A stretch of DNA of 64,000 bases, from NCBI GenBank assembly GCA_024958795.1, contig JANXHP010000008.1, forward strand, positions 2,698 to 66,697. The letters run 5' to 3'. Of the stretch, positions 17,877 through 27,020 are shown one piece after another (the first letter of the stretch is position 1; each line of letters opens with the position of its first letter). The DNA is from Candidatus Poseidoniaceae archaeon. GTDB taxonomy: Archaea; Thermoplasmatota; Poseidoniia; Poseidoniales; Poseidoniaceae. A program made the position numbers and the translations under genes. The notes under the pieces are model-generated. The model worked only from the letters and a program-made list of their open reading frames with translations, was not told the DNA's origin and did not search any database.

Positions 17877-18989
17877 TCAAGATAAAATATCTTGAAGTGT
17901 TCCCTCATCAATAGACTTCTTAATTGAACGAGCGATTCTTCTTCCAGTAGACATGAATGGTTCATTGATATCAGAATATGGAGAACCTCCAACGAATGGA
18001 TTTGAGCCTGCGACTATTCTAGCACTGATTTCAAAGACTTTGAATTCAAGTTGGTCTGTAACAATTGTTTCAAGGCAGAATGGGCCTATCATTCCTTTTG
18101 CACCCTCTTCTAGTTCAAATGATGCTGCAACAGTACCTTCAGCCATTTCAAAAGCACGTGGAAGTAGTGATTCACGAATTACTACAGGTTGGTTACCTGT
18201 TACTACGAATGAAGGTTCTAATCCCTTTTCTCTCAAATCTCGAAGTGAACCTAATTTGTAAAATTCATCAACATTTGCTTCATCCCTTCTGTCCATGCTC
18301 AATAATTCAAGGCGACCTAGATTTTTTCCAGCGTGACTACCTCGGCCTTGAACTTGGAATCCATCACTTGCAGTTGGATCAAAGAAGAAATGAAGATAAT
18401 AACGGCATCCTAATGCATACTCTTGAATTGTAAATTCATCTTCTAAGTCGGCATTTCTGCGGAAATCCCTGTAATCTCTAGCGATGAAATAACCTCTTCC
18501 ACCTTTTGCTCCAGCATATTTGACGATAACAGGGCCATCGATGTCATGAGGGTCATTGTAGACCTTTGGCATAGTACATCCGCCAGCTTCTAACCATTGG
18601 CGCTGTCTTTCTCGACTACTTTCCCAATGTAATATCCCTCTATTACCAAATGTTGGTACTTGTAAAGTTCTAAAATTGGATGAACCAAGATATTCTACAA
18701 GTGAACCATGTGGTATTATCACAACATTTCTTTTGCGAAACCATTCAGCATAATCCAACATTTCTCTATAATCTTCAAGCATTAACCATTCATCAGGTTC
18801 AGCACCAGGGAATGCTTTGTAATATCGACGCCTGTTTTCACCTACTGCAATTCCTAAAGTTTTGAATCCCTCAAGACGAGCACCATGAAGAATTTGTAAC
18901 GAAGAGTGAGAAGCAACCACTCCAATTGTGATTTGACTTGGGTCATAGTCGGCCAGCCATGTAGCCAGTGTATCGGAATCTACGCCCAT
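17877..18989 (-). CDS. purP: 5-formaminoimidazole-4-carboxamide ribonucleotide (FAICAR) synthetase PurP
   Basis: There is a strong match to archaeal PurP: ITIGVVASHSSLQILHGARLEGF, VIVKYAGAKGGRGYFIA, VVIRESLLPRAFEMAEG, MIGPFCLE and FEISARIVAGSNPF. The track ORF extends to 19079, but that N-terminal 30 aa looks non-native, so the Met at 18989 is preferred. Confidence 0.9.
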   Translation of the reverse strand: MGVDSDTLATWLADYDPSQITIGVVASHSSLQILHGARLEGFKTLGIAVGENRRRYYKAFPGAEPDEWLMLEDYREMLDYAEWFRKRNVVIIPHGSLVEYLGSSNFRTLQVPTFGNRGILHWESSRERQRQWLEAGGCTMPKVYNDPHDIDGPVIVKYAGAKGGRGYFIARDYRDFRRNADLEDEFTIQEYALGCRYYLHFFFDPTASDGFQVQGRGSHAGKNLGRLELLSMDRRDEANVDEFYKLGSLRDLREKGLEPSFVVTGNQPVVIRESLLPRAFEMAEGTVAASFELEEGAKGMIGPFCLETIVTDQLEFKVFEISARIVAGSNPFVGGSPYSDINEPFMSTGRRIARSIKKSIDEGTLQDILS

Positions 18990-19169
18990 GTTGAGGGGTT
19001 TAGTATTCCCCCTATATGCGTTATCCCAATTAGAATGTGTAAAAGCAATAATGAAGATAATTATCAATCGCACAATCACTTTCAGTATTTACTTCATCCA
19101 TTTTTCCCACTTCTTGATTCCCATTACAAGTAGGTGTATACTTCAAAGGCTTGAAGGCTATCGCCAACC

Positions 19170-20261
19170 ATGGCAGAGAACAACCCAGCATCTCGGATGA
19201 CCTATGGCGGGTATTTACGTATTGAGGACCTACTGAAATTGCAAGATGGGCCACAAGGATATTCTCCAGCACCATGTAATAACGAATTACATTTCATCAT
19301 AGTCCATCAATCATTTGAGTTGTGGTTTAAGTTAGTACTAAGGGAGTTAAAAGAGGCATACCAATTGCTATCTGCAAGAAGCGTAGATGAACAATCAATA
19401 CCGCAAATAGTTCACCATCTTGAAAGAGTTACTACAATCATGAATTTGATGACTCATCAATGGGATGTAATGCAAAGCCTTGCTCCACAAGAATTTTTAG
19501 CATTCCGAGATAGATTAGGAACTTCTTCTGGATTTGAATCTTGGCAAATGAGAGAGTTAGAAGTAATTCTGGGCTTGGATAATTCACAGAGGATGGGTGG
19601 AATGGATCCACTAGCACATATGAGAAAATTAGTTGGAGAAGGGAAAATCAGCCAAGAAGTGTTTAACAATTTTGAAGAAGTTTCTTCTCAACCATCTCTA
19701 AATGATGTGCTAAATGATTGGTTGGGCCGAACACCAATCAATGGCTCTGTATCATCCGATACAGATGATGAGAAAATAGTGTTACAATTCGTAGAAGGAC
19801 ATTTAGCTGCAATGAAGGAACATGGCGAATCTGTCATCTCCCATATCGTTGATATTGGTCATGGAGATGAAGGGCCGGTTAGGTCAAGGATTGAAGCGGG
19901 AATTGAAGGTGCTCGTTCATTCTTAATGCCGGAAGGAGAGATTAGTAGAAGCAGAGCAGGCTTGCTTTTCATTGAATCCTATCGTGAATTACCCCTTCTT
20001 GCTTGGCCAAGGAAATTAATCGATACAGTTGTTGAATTAGAACAGTCCATGCTATTATTCCGTTCACATCATGCAAGAATGGTTGAAAGAATGATTGGCC
20101 GAAGAATGGGAACAGGTGGTTCAAGTGGCGTAGACTATCTTGATGCTACTCTAAAGTACAGGATTTTTGTTGACCTTTGGTCGGTTCGCACTTTACTGGT
20201 AAAGCGAGACGCTTTGCCGGATGTGAATAATTTAGAATTCTATGGTTTTGCTCAGTCATGA
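19170..20261 (+). CDS. kynA: Tryptophan 2,3-dioxygenase
   Basis: MTYGGYLRIEDLLKLQ, ELHFIIVHQSFELWFKLVLRELK and the C-terminal GTGGSSGVDYL are TDO hallmarks. Confidence 0.85.
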   Translation: MAENNPASRMTYGGYLRIEDLLKLQDGPQGYSPAPCNNELHFIIVHQSFELWFKLVLRELKEAYQLLSARSVDEQSIPQIVHHLERVTTIMNLMTHQWDVMQSLAPQEFLAFRDRLGTSSGFESWQMRELEVILGLDNSQRMGGMDPLAHMRKLVGEGKISQEVFNNFEEVSSQPSLNDVLNDWLGRTPINGSVSSDTDDEKIVLQFVEGHLAAMKEHGESVISHIVDIGHGDEGPVRSRIEAGIEGARSFLMPEGEISRSRAGLLFIESYRELPLLAWPRKLIDTVVELEQSMLLFRSHHARMVERMIGRRMGTGGSSGVDYLDATLKYRIFVDLWSVRTLLVKRDALPDVNNLEFYGFAQS

Positions 20262-20278
20262 GCAAAAAGTATTGACAA

Positions 20279-20533
20279 TCAATCTAAGTGAGGGTCAATA
20301 TCGATTGGAATCAATTCGTGTTCATACTCATATAGAGCAATCTTTAGAGGATCTAATACGAAACGAACATCTGCTTCTTCCAATCCATAAAGAGTAATTA
20401 ATTCTGCTTTAAAGGCATTACGTAGAACATCTTCAGAAGCGTATAATGGGGCGCCCATTCCAATTTGTAGTGCACGAGCACCAATGATTCTTGCTCGTTC
20501 AAAACGTGTGTGTTGTCGTGCTGGTTTTACCAT
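20279..20533 (-). CDS. rpoK: DNA-directed RNA polymerase subunit K (Rpo6)
   Basis: [22 protein letters not shown] is the RpoK/Rpb6 core. The ORF is 84 aa. Confidence 0.9.
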   Translation of the reverse strand: MVKPARQHTRFERARIIGARALQIGMGAPLYASEDVLRNAFKAELITLYGLEEADVRFVLDPLKIALYEYEHELIPIDIDPHLD

Positions 20534-20620
20534 TTCTATGACACCTGCGAGCGAACTCGCATTCGTGGGCTACTGCCTCCTCTTTTTGAACCTACCCCCG
20601 AAGGACGTTTCAGGAAATTA

Positions 20621-21550
20621 TCATTCTTGCTCAAGAATTGATTGTTTTGGACGCTTGATTTCCTTTACCCAGAGCATTATTGCAGGAGTAATTAAGATGA
20701 CCATAATTAGAAACCAAATCACCGCAAACACTGCTGGATTAGATGTTTGTTTGTAGTTTGTTGTTTCTTTTTCATCATCATTAAATTCCATATTTCCAGC
20801 AGTTTCATCGCTATATGAGTGTAGTTGCGGTGAACCATCATTTTCTAAAATGAAAATCAGACGGCCATTCCAACCTTGAAGCATTCCACTGATATTTACT
20901 CCAATTGTGTTAGAGATATTTGAATCACTAAAATCAATTGTGATTGAATCCGTCGCTAAATATTGATGAGTAAAGTTTCTGCTTTCATGTTCAATAGAAT
21001 CAAGTCTCCAGATTGTCAACTTTTGGCCAATTGAATAATTCCAACGGATGATATCATCTTTCAATATTACATCGCTAAGGTTGTTATTTTGTAATCCATC
21101 ATGGCTATCAAGTGATTGATTCAAGTCAAATGCTTGACTAGAACCAGTAAGCAAACCATTACCATCTATTACTATACTTGGAATAAATAATAATCGGAAT
21201 TTATCATCAAATCTAAATTTTGAATAATTTAGGTAAGTATAATCTTCACTTGATGCATGATGTTGAAGAATCACGGTATCTGTTCTGTTAAGAGTCGCTA
21301 AATTGTCTTCGACTATTTGACAAGGTTCACACCAATCTGCTCCAAAATATTCCACAATATGTTCGCTCTCACTTGCTTCGCAATCTAACGAGTGTTGGTA
21401 GCAAGAATAGTCAATATATTGGACTGCAATAATATCACCCTCATCTAAATCGTCTTCACCTTCTGAAGATGTATTTGTAATTGATGTTGATAGTAAAAGG
21501 AATATCGCGGCCCAAAAGAAAACCCATCTCCTATTGCCGGACATTAACAA
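20621..21550 (-). CDS. Extracytoplasmic thioredoxin-fold protein (CxxC) with signal peptide and C-terminal TM anchor
   Basis: The signal peptide is RRWVFFWAAIFLLLSTSITNTSS. The motif YFGADWCEPCQ fits WCxxC. The C-terminal TM is AVFAVIWFLIMVILITPAIMLWV. The gene is divergent from ctaA. Confidence 0.65.
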   Translation of the reverse strand: MLMSGNRRWVFFWAAIFLLLSTSITNTSSEGEDDLDEGDIIAVQYIDYSCYQHSLDCEASESEHIVEYFGADWCEPCQIVEDNLATLNRTDTVILQHHASSEDYTYLNYSKFRFDDKFRLLFIPSIVIDGNGLLTGSSQAFDLNQSLDSHDGLQNNNLSDVILKDDIIRWNYSIGQKLTIWRLDSIEHESRNFTHQYLATDSITIDFSDSNISNTIGVNISGMLQGWNGRLIFILENDGSPQLHSYSDETAGNMEFNDDEKETTNYKQTSNPAVFAVIWFLIMVILITPAIMLWVKEIKRPKQSILEQE

Positions 21551-22661
21551 GCGCTACGGGAATGTGTTCAAAAGGGGTATGCAACAGGCTTCAAGCATGG
21601 ACCGAGTTTGGTGGGCCCGCCCTAGCGCCTTCCCTCTCGCACTATTGGTAATTTCATTATTGATTATCGTAGTTGGCGGCACGATTAGAATCAACGATGC
21701 TGGAGAGTCATGTCCTGATTGGCCACAATGTTTTGGCACATGGACATTTGATGTTTCTGTTGAAGAGCAGCAACAATTCTGGGAAGATAACCCCGAACAC
21801 GAAGATTCACGTGGTACCGACCATCGATACTCCACATTCCAAATTTTCACTGAATGGTTCCATCGTTTGCTTGTTGCAATTGTAGCAATACCTGTATTAT
21901 TGAATTTTGTTATGGCAAGAAAATTGAAAGAAAAATATGGTGATAGGACGGTAAAGGTTTCATTTCTAGCAGGAATATTACTCATTTGTCAAGCGGCAGT
22001 AGGAGCGGTGACAGTTGTTCTTGATAATGTGGATTGGTCAGTTGCATTACATCTTTCTTTAGCATGTATTTGGGCATCAGTATTGTTGTATCAGTATCTA
22101 TGGATGAGAATTTGCGAAGGAGCAAATTGGTCAATACTAAAGTCATCACAACAATTTTTCATTGAACAAGCAAAAAGAATTGATTCAATGACTGCAGCTG
22201 TATTTGTATTGTTAATTCTTGGTGCTTGGGTCGCTAGTACAGCAGGTGGCCAATACAATCAAGGTTGTTCTGTAGGATTTCCTAACGGTTGGCCAAAATG
22301 TAATGGTACCTTTTTGCCTTCGCTTGATGGCCCAGGAATAATGGTTCAAATGATTCACCGTACTGGTGCATTAGTAGTTGGAATATTACTGATATTATCT
22401 ACTACAAAAATCACTGAAAGCGTTAGACAAGATCAGAACGCATCGGGATTCAAAACATTTGCATCCATAACAACCGGATTCTGGGGTTTAAATCTCTTGG
22501 TTGGTGCTTCATATATCATTTTAGCACAATTAGATGAATTCCCTGAATGGCTTTCACTGGTTCATTTAGTGGTTGGAGTCGGTAGCGTTCTAATGGCAAT
22601 GTGTGCAAGTATTTTGATACGCTTTAGCAAAGAAATTTCAATGGAATTATCTGAGGAATAA
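21534..22661 (+). CDS. ctaA: Heme A synthase (CtaA/COX15)
   Basis: The CPDWPQCFG motif is present, with eight hydrophobic helices and conserved His residues. The start is probably a later Met (21579 or 21597), because 21534 overlaps the divergent gene. Confidence 0.85.
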   Translation: MPDINKRYGNVFKRGMQQASSMDRVWWARPSAFPLALLVISLLIIVVGGTIRINDAGESCPDWPQCFGTWTFDVSVEEQQQFWEDNPEHEDSRGTDHRYSTFQIFTEWFHRLLVAIVAIPVLLNFVMARKLKEKYGDRTVKVSFLAGILLICQAAVGAVTVVLDNVDWSVALHLSLACIWASVLLYQYLWMRICEGANWSILKSSQQFFIEQAKRIDSMTAAVFVLLILGAWVASTAGGQYNQGCSVGFPNGWPKCNGTFLPSLDGPGIMVQMIHRTGALVVGILLILSTTKITESVRQDQNASGFKTFASITTGFWGLNLLVGASYIILAQLDEFPEWLSLVHLVVGVGSVLMAMCASILIRFSKEISMELSEE

Positions 22662-22663
22662 TC

Positions 22664-23677
22664 ATGACTGAGGCCAACAATCAATCAATTCCACATCCTG
22701 GAATGTTGAATGTATTTCTTCAATTAATGAAATTAAGGGTTATTGTATTGCTACAAGTAACAGCGGTTTGTGCAATATTAGTCCATGATTTGTTAGCCCG
22801 CCATGACTTGATAAACATAGATCGAACTTGGATGGATACGCTAAACACAATCCTCATCACTGTGGTTGCAGGAACTCTTTCTGCTGGTGGTTCTAATGCC
22901 ATTAATATGTGGTATGATGCAGATATTGATGTCCTAATGAGGCGTACTCAAAACCGCCCAATTCCATTAGGTCATATTTCTGCGAAGGGTGCACTAATCT
23001 TTGGAATAATCATCGCAGTATTAGGTTCATCATTGTTTTTCTTAGTTCACTGGAAGGCAGCATTTTGGTCCTTTTTTTCAGTTGGATTTTATGTTTTTAT
23101 TTATTCAATGCTGCTAAAACGCAGAACTCCGCAAAACATCGTCATCGGTGGAATAGCAGGGGCGACTCCACCTGTAATTGGTTGGGCAGCAGCGGCAGCA
23201 GGTTCAATTGAATCAAACAACCCTTTTGATTTGGGTTCGCCAATCCCTTGGATGTTATTCATGCTGATTTTCTTGTGGACTCCTCCTCATTTCTGGGCTT
23301 TAGCTCTGTACCGTTCTGGTGAGTATGCGAAAGCAAAAGTTCCGATGATGAATGAAGTGAAGGGTCCAAAGCGTACTGTCACGGAGTCAAAAATATACTG
23401 TGTTCTATTATTGCTATTGGGTTCAGTGCCACTGTTTTGGCCCGAATCAGGATTGCCATTACTATGGTCAATTATTGCGACTGTACTGTCATTGTGGTAT
23501 GCGAAATCGGTTTGGAACATCGATCCAATGGAGGGATTAGATGAAAATGGAAGAATGCCAAAAGCGGCTAAATCTTTCTTCCGCTCATTGTATTATTTAG
23601 GGTGGATGTTCCTTGTTTTAGTAGTGGTATGTGCCATCCCTCCTGAGTTACTTGGCTCTCTTGGTCCAATAGTTTGA
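22664..23677 (+). CDS. ctaB: Protoheme IX farnesyltransferase (heme O synthase)
   Basis: UbiA-family motifs are present (NMWYDADIDVLMRRTQNRPIP; PPHFWALAL). The gene lies 2 nt after ctaA. Confidence 0.9.
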   Translation: MTEANNQSIPHPGMLNVFLQLMKLRVIVLLQVTAVCAILVHDLLARHDLINIDRTWMDTLNTILITVVAGTLSAGGSNAINMWYDADIDVLMRRTQNRPIPLGHISAKGALIFGIIIAVLGSSLFFLVHWKAAFWSFFSVGFYVFIYSMLLKRRTPQNIVIGGIAGATPPVIGWAAAAAGSIESNNPFDLGSPIPWMLFMLIFLWTPPHFWALALYRSGEYAKAKVPMMNEVKGPKRTVTESKIYCVLLLLLGSVPLFWPESGLPLLWSIIATVLSLWYAKSVWNIDPMEGLDENGRMPKAAKSFFRSLYYLGWMFLVLVVVCAIPPELLGSLGPIV

Positions 23678-23769
23678 AAGTGATACACTGCATGGATATT
23701 ACCTATTGATATTGGCATGATGGTGAACCGTCATCTTGATGACGGGTTCGCCGGTGGCCGCAACTACAA

Positions 23770-23857
23770 GCGGTGATCGCATAGCCTGGCCATTGCGCTG
23801 GATTGCTAATCCAGTGGGCTCGTTCTCACGGGAGTTCGAATCTCCCTCACCGCGCCA
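23770..23857 (+). tRNA. tRNA-Ser (anticodon GCT/GCU), class II, with genomically encoded CCA
   Basis: I folded it by hand. The acceptor stem is GCGGTGA/TCACCGC. The D stem is GCAT/TTGC, and the anticodon stem is CTGGA/TCCAG with loop TTGCTAA. There is a 15-nt variable arm. The T arm is GGGAG-TTCGAAT-CTCCC and the discriminator is G followed by CCA. Total length is 88 nt. Confidence 0.9.
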
Positions 23858-23868
23858 ATTACTTTCTT

Positions 23869-26838
23869 TCAGTCAAAGAAATCGTCAAATTCATCATCAC
23901 TAATATTTGATTTACGACGGTTTCTTGCAGCAAGAACTCGCTTCAATCTCTTTCTCTTCTTCAGAATGAGAGGGATCATAATAATGCTCAAAAACAGAAT
24001 GGTAATGAGTGTTCCACCAGAATACAGGAATATCTCTTTTTGCATTGATTCTTGTAAATCTCCAAGCCATGGAACTCCTAATGGTGGTTCTTCAGGTGGT
24101 GGAGGTACTGGGACAATATGTTGGTTATATTGCCACCAAAGGTCTTCGATGTGAACTCTATTGACATTATTAGATGGGAATATAGCCATAGTATTTTCAT
24201 TACCTACCCAATCAATAGGTGCAAGGATGTAATAGTATGTCCTGTATGGTCTTATCCCATCAATTTCTGTTCCACTTTGGTTGAAATATCCAGTTTCACC
24301 AGGGATTGCTTGGATGTCGCTAACGATTGGTGTAATGAATCTTAAATCTACATTAATTGGACGTGAATCAACTCTGTACAAATTCCAAGTAACAGGGCCG
24401 CTCGCTTCATGTTCAGGCCATATCCAAGTCAAATTTACTTCGTAGCACATATTCCATTCACGTGAAATATCATAACAATCACTTGAGTTAGTGAAATCGT
24501 AACTAGAAACAAAATTGGAAATTGAAACAGATGGTGGAATGGCATCACCACAAATAAGCCCAGGATTTCCATCCATATTCCTTACAATATTGGCTTTTTG
24601 ATAGTCAGGTATTCCAGCTCTATCAGCAGGAATAATTGCGTATGAAGCACATTCCCCGGTCTCCAAAGGAATAGGGTCCAGCCAATTATCTATGTTGACT
24701 GGAATGGTTGTAATAATTGTGTCAAGAGTCAACTCATCCCAGACAAGCGGGTTAATCCCATCACCTGGGTCTGGGAAATAAGTAGAACTGGTTTCGGAAC
24801 CAAGAATTTTGTATATTTTCCAGCCACCAAGATATGGATTTGATAAATCTCCTGAAGAAGTCCAATTCAATTTTATTTGTCCATCTTTGAGGAGAGTATT
24901 GTCAACATTTCCTAAAGTAACATTTGCTTCTGGCAATTCTCCAACGATCAAAATCGCTCCGTTGGAAGTCATTTTTAGAGTAAATGTTCCATCTTCATTA
25001 TTGGTTAATTCATTAGGTCCTTCAACATATGACCAAATATTATGGCTAAGTGAATTAATCTGTCGAACATCAACAGTTGAGAGGTTGATATTCGAGGGTA
25101 ATATTGCACTCATGTTGAGTGTAATCTCCATTGATTCCATTCCAACATCATCAGAACCGTCTAAGGTCGATAGGATCTCAAAAGACATCAACCGCAATGG
25201 TTCTTGACCTGACCCTACGCCATAATTTGTCCCCAAAACCGGTAGTATTGATTCTGTTTCAAGATACGCTTCAGAACGAGTAATAGCGCTTCCAGTATAA
25301 TATGGCTCATCACTGACATCAATATATTCGAATATTGTAATATATTCGTGAACGGTATCAATTGTTCCAAATGAATCTATTATTCTAAGCGTGATAGTGT
25401 GGTCTCCCAATCCCAAAACACTTCCACTGATGTTAAGGATTTGACCATATCCTAAGTTGATGATTCCCGATACCCACCATGAAAAATTTAGGGGCTCAGC
25501 AGCTGTACTTCCAAATCTTGCAACCATCTCAATATCGTCACCAGTATTGTATCTGCCGTTGAAGTTTTCTTGATATATTTCTGCGTGTATATCGCCTGCA
25601 AGTATATCGGCTTGCTCACTGATGATATTATTTGAAGTACTTTGATCTGGACCTCCAAGATATGTATTTGGAGCAGAAATCTTTAGGATTCTGTTGTCCC
25701 CAGTTACAGTGAGGTTAAATTTACAAATTTGGCTTTCGCTTGGCATTAGTGAAATTACTTGACAGTGTTCTTCCATTTTTAATTCACTGCCTATGTCAAA
25801 TACCTCAAACGAAACAAAGAAATTATGAACTGTTTTATTGCCTAAATTTATTACTTCTGAATATACCATTTCATTACCAAAGTAATAGTTTTCTGAAGAA
25901 GAATCATGCCCAGGAGACATTACCGACACACTAACATCTATTGTATCATCAATAATGATGAGCGTTGAAGTAATGTCATTGAAATCATTTAGGTCACTAT
26001 AAGGTGTGCCAGTGCTGTTATACAAGCCCCATATTAGAACATATGTCCCTTCAAATGGATAATTGAAAACAGGCATTTGGTGTTCAAAGGGCATCATATT
26101 ACCTCCAGAGGTCAAACCGGTGTTGAAAGAGTATGCTTCTGCAAGCATTACAGATTCGGCTTGATCCCATAATTGCCACCCAATGGTTGCATTGAAATTA
26201 CATGAACCACAACTGTTGACAGTACCCTTTGCTTTAAGGGAATAATCAGTGTTTGAATTCAATATTTTTTGACCGTCATAGGTGGAAAGCCCTTCTATGT
26301 CATTATGCGGACTCCACGATTCGTCAACAACCAAATCAACAAACGATTGAGTAAGGTTGAAATTAAATTTGAAGAGATCATTACTCGAAAATTGGTCAGA
26401 TTCATCAAATGAATAAACTACAGTGATTATTCCATCTGCACCTGAAGATGGATTCCAATTATTGGTAGATGTGACATTTGAGTACTGGCCTGGAGCAATA
26501 TTTGTTAAGAAAAATTGACCTCTATCATCAAAGGTTGATTTACAAACAGAACCATCTACGTCGCCGATACAAACATGCCAACGCATTACTCTGTTCAAAC
26601 CAGCAGCTGTCAAACCTTGATTCTTTATTTGTGCAGTAAATGAAACTGAGTCAAAATATGAAACCCAATTATCCTTTTCTGGTGAAATAGTATCGGTAAT
26701 TGCCAAATCACCAGTAACAGAAGCACTCGCTCCTGGCAGAGTTGCTAGACCTCCAAGTGAAGAAATAAGAAGTAATAATACGAGGAACAAACTACTACTT
26801 TTGGCCCTGTATTGATATGGCTCGCGCTGCGACATCAT
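23869..26838 (-). CDS. Large (989 aa) secreted surface protein with C-terminal TM anchor and basic cytoplasmic tail
   Basis: The signal peptide is SSLFLVLLLLISSLGGLATLPGASA. The beta-rich sequence contains many N-x-S/T sequons. A PPPPEEPP stalk precedes the TM (LITILFLSIIMIPLIL) and the tail KKRKRLKRVLAARNRRK. Confidence 0.75.
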   Translation of the reverse strand: MMSQREPYQYRAKSSSLFLVLLLLISSLGGLATLPGASASVTGDLAITDTISPEKDNWVSYFDSVSFTAQIKNQGLTAAGLNRVMRWHVCIGDVDGSVCKSTFDDRGQFFLTNIAPGQYSNVTSTNNWNPSSGADGIITVVYSFDESDQFSSNDLFKFNFNLTQSFVDLVVDESWSPHNDIEGLSTYDGQKILNSNTDYSLKAKGTVNSCGSCNFNATIGWQLWDQAESVMLAEAYSFNTGLTSGGNMMPFEHQMPVFNYPFEGTYVLIWGLYNSTGTPYSDLNDFNDITSTLIIIDDTIDVSVSVMSPGHDSSSENYYFGNEMVYSEVINLGNKTVHNFFVSFEVFDIGSELKMEEHCQVISLMPSESQICKFNLTVTGDNRILKISAPNTYLGGPDQSTSNNIISEQADILAGDIHAEIYQENFNGRYNTGDDIEMVARFGSTAAEPLNFSWWVSGIINLGYGQILNISGSVLGLGDHTITLRIIDSFGTIDTVHEYITIFEYIDVSDEPYYTGSAITRSEAYLETESILPVLGTNYGVGSGQEPLRLMSFEILSTLDGSDDVGMESMEITLNMSAILPSNINLSTVDVRQINSLSHNIWSYVEGPNELTNNEDGTFTLKMTSNGAILIVGELPEANVTLGNVDNTLLKDGQIKLNWTSSGDLSNPYLGGWKIYKILGSETSSTYFPDPGDGINPLVWDELTLDTIITTIPVNIDNWLDPIPLETGECASYAIIPADRAGIPDYQKANIVRNMDGNPGLICGDAIPPSVSISNFVSSYDFTNSSDCYDISREWNMCYEVNLTWIWPEHEASGPVTWNLYRVDSRPINVDLRFITPIVSDIQAIPGETGYFNQSGTEIDGIRPYRTYYYILAPIDWVGNENTMAIFPSNNVNRVHIEDLWWQYNQHIVPVPPPPEEPPLGVPWLGDLQESMQKEIFLYSGGTLITILFLSIIMIPLILKKRKRLKRVLAARNRRKSNISDDEFDDFFD

Positions 26839-26918
26839 CCAATGCCTTACAAGGGGGATTCAAAGAGTCATCGCCCACGAAAGGGTTTGAGAAGGTAAAA
26901 AATGCAATTTTACAATTA

Positions 26919-26938
26919 GCCGGAAAAATATTTCCGGC
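26919..26938. promoter_or_regulatory. Perfect 8-bp inverted repeat GCCGGAAA-AATA-TTTCCGGC in a divergent intergenic region
   Basis: Read directly from the sequence. It lies between the start of the surface-protein gene (26838, minus strand) and the LTD-protein start (27021, plus strand). Confidence 0.4.
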
Positions 26939-27020
26939 ATCTAAGAAAGGGCGATTTTCTATTGCTCATGATGGAGAAATATGCGGCAACCTCTTCAATC
27001 GTCAAACAACACCTCGTATT

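Noticed and set aside
20547-20560. GCGAG-CGAA-CTCGC hairpin (UUCG tetraloop on the minus strand) between the thioredoxin-like gene and rpoK, considered as a small ncRNA
   Set aside because: It is only a 5-bp stem in an 87-nt spacer. A second nearby UUCG element has just 2-3 bp. Both are more simply an inter-cistronic terminator or processing hairpin. There is not enough evidence for an RNA gene.
26817-27020. 5' extension of the LTD-protein ORF (track start 26817), which overlaps the start of the divergent 989-aa gene
   Set aside because: The extension would overlap the opposite gene's start and would consume the whole promoter region, including the palindrome. Its sequence (MARAATSSNALQGGFKESS...) has no signal or TM character. 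The Met at 27021 gives a sensible charged-then-hydrophobic N-terminus.
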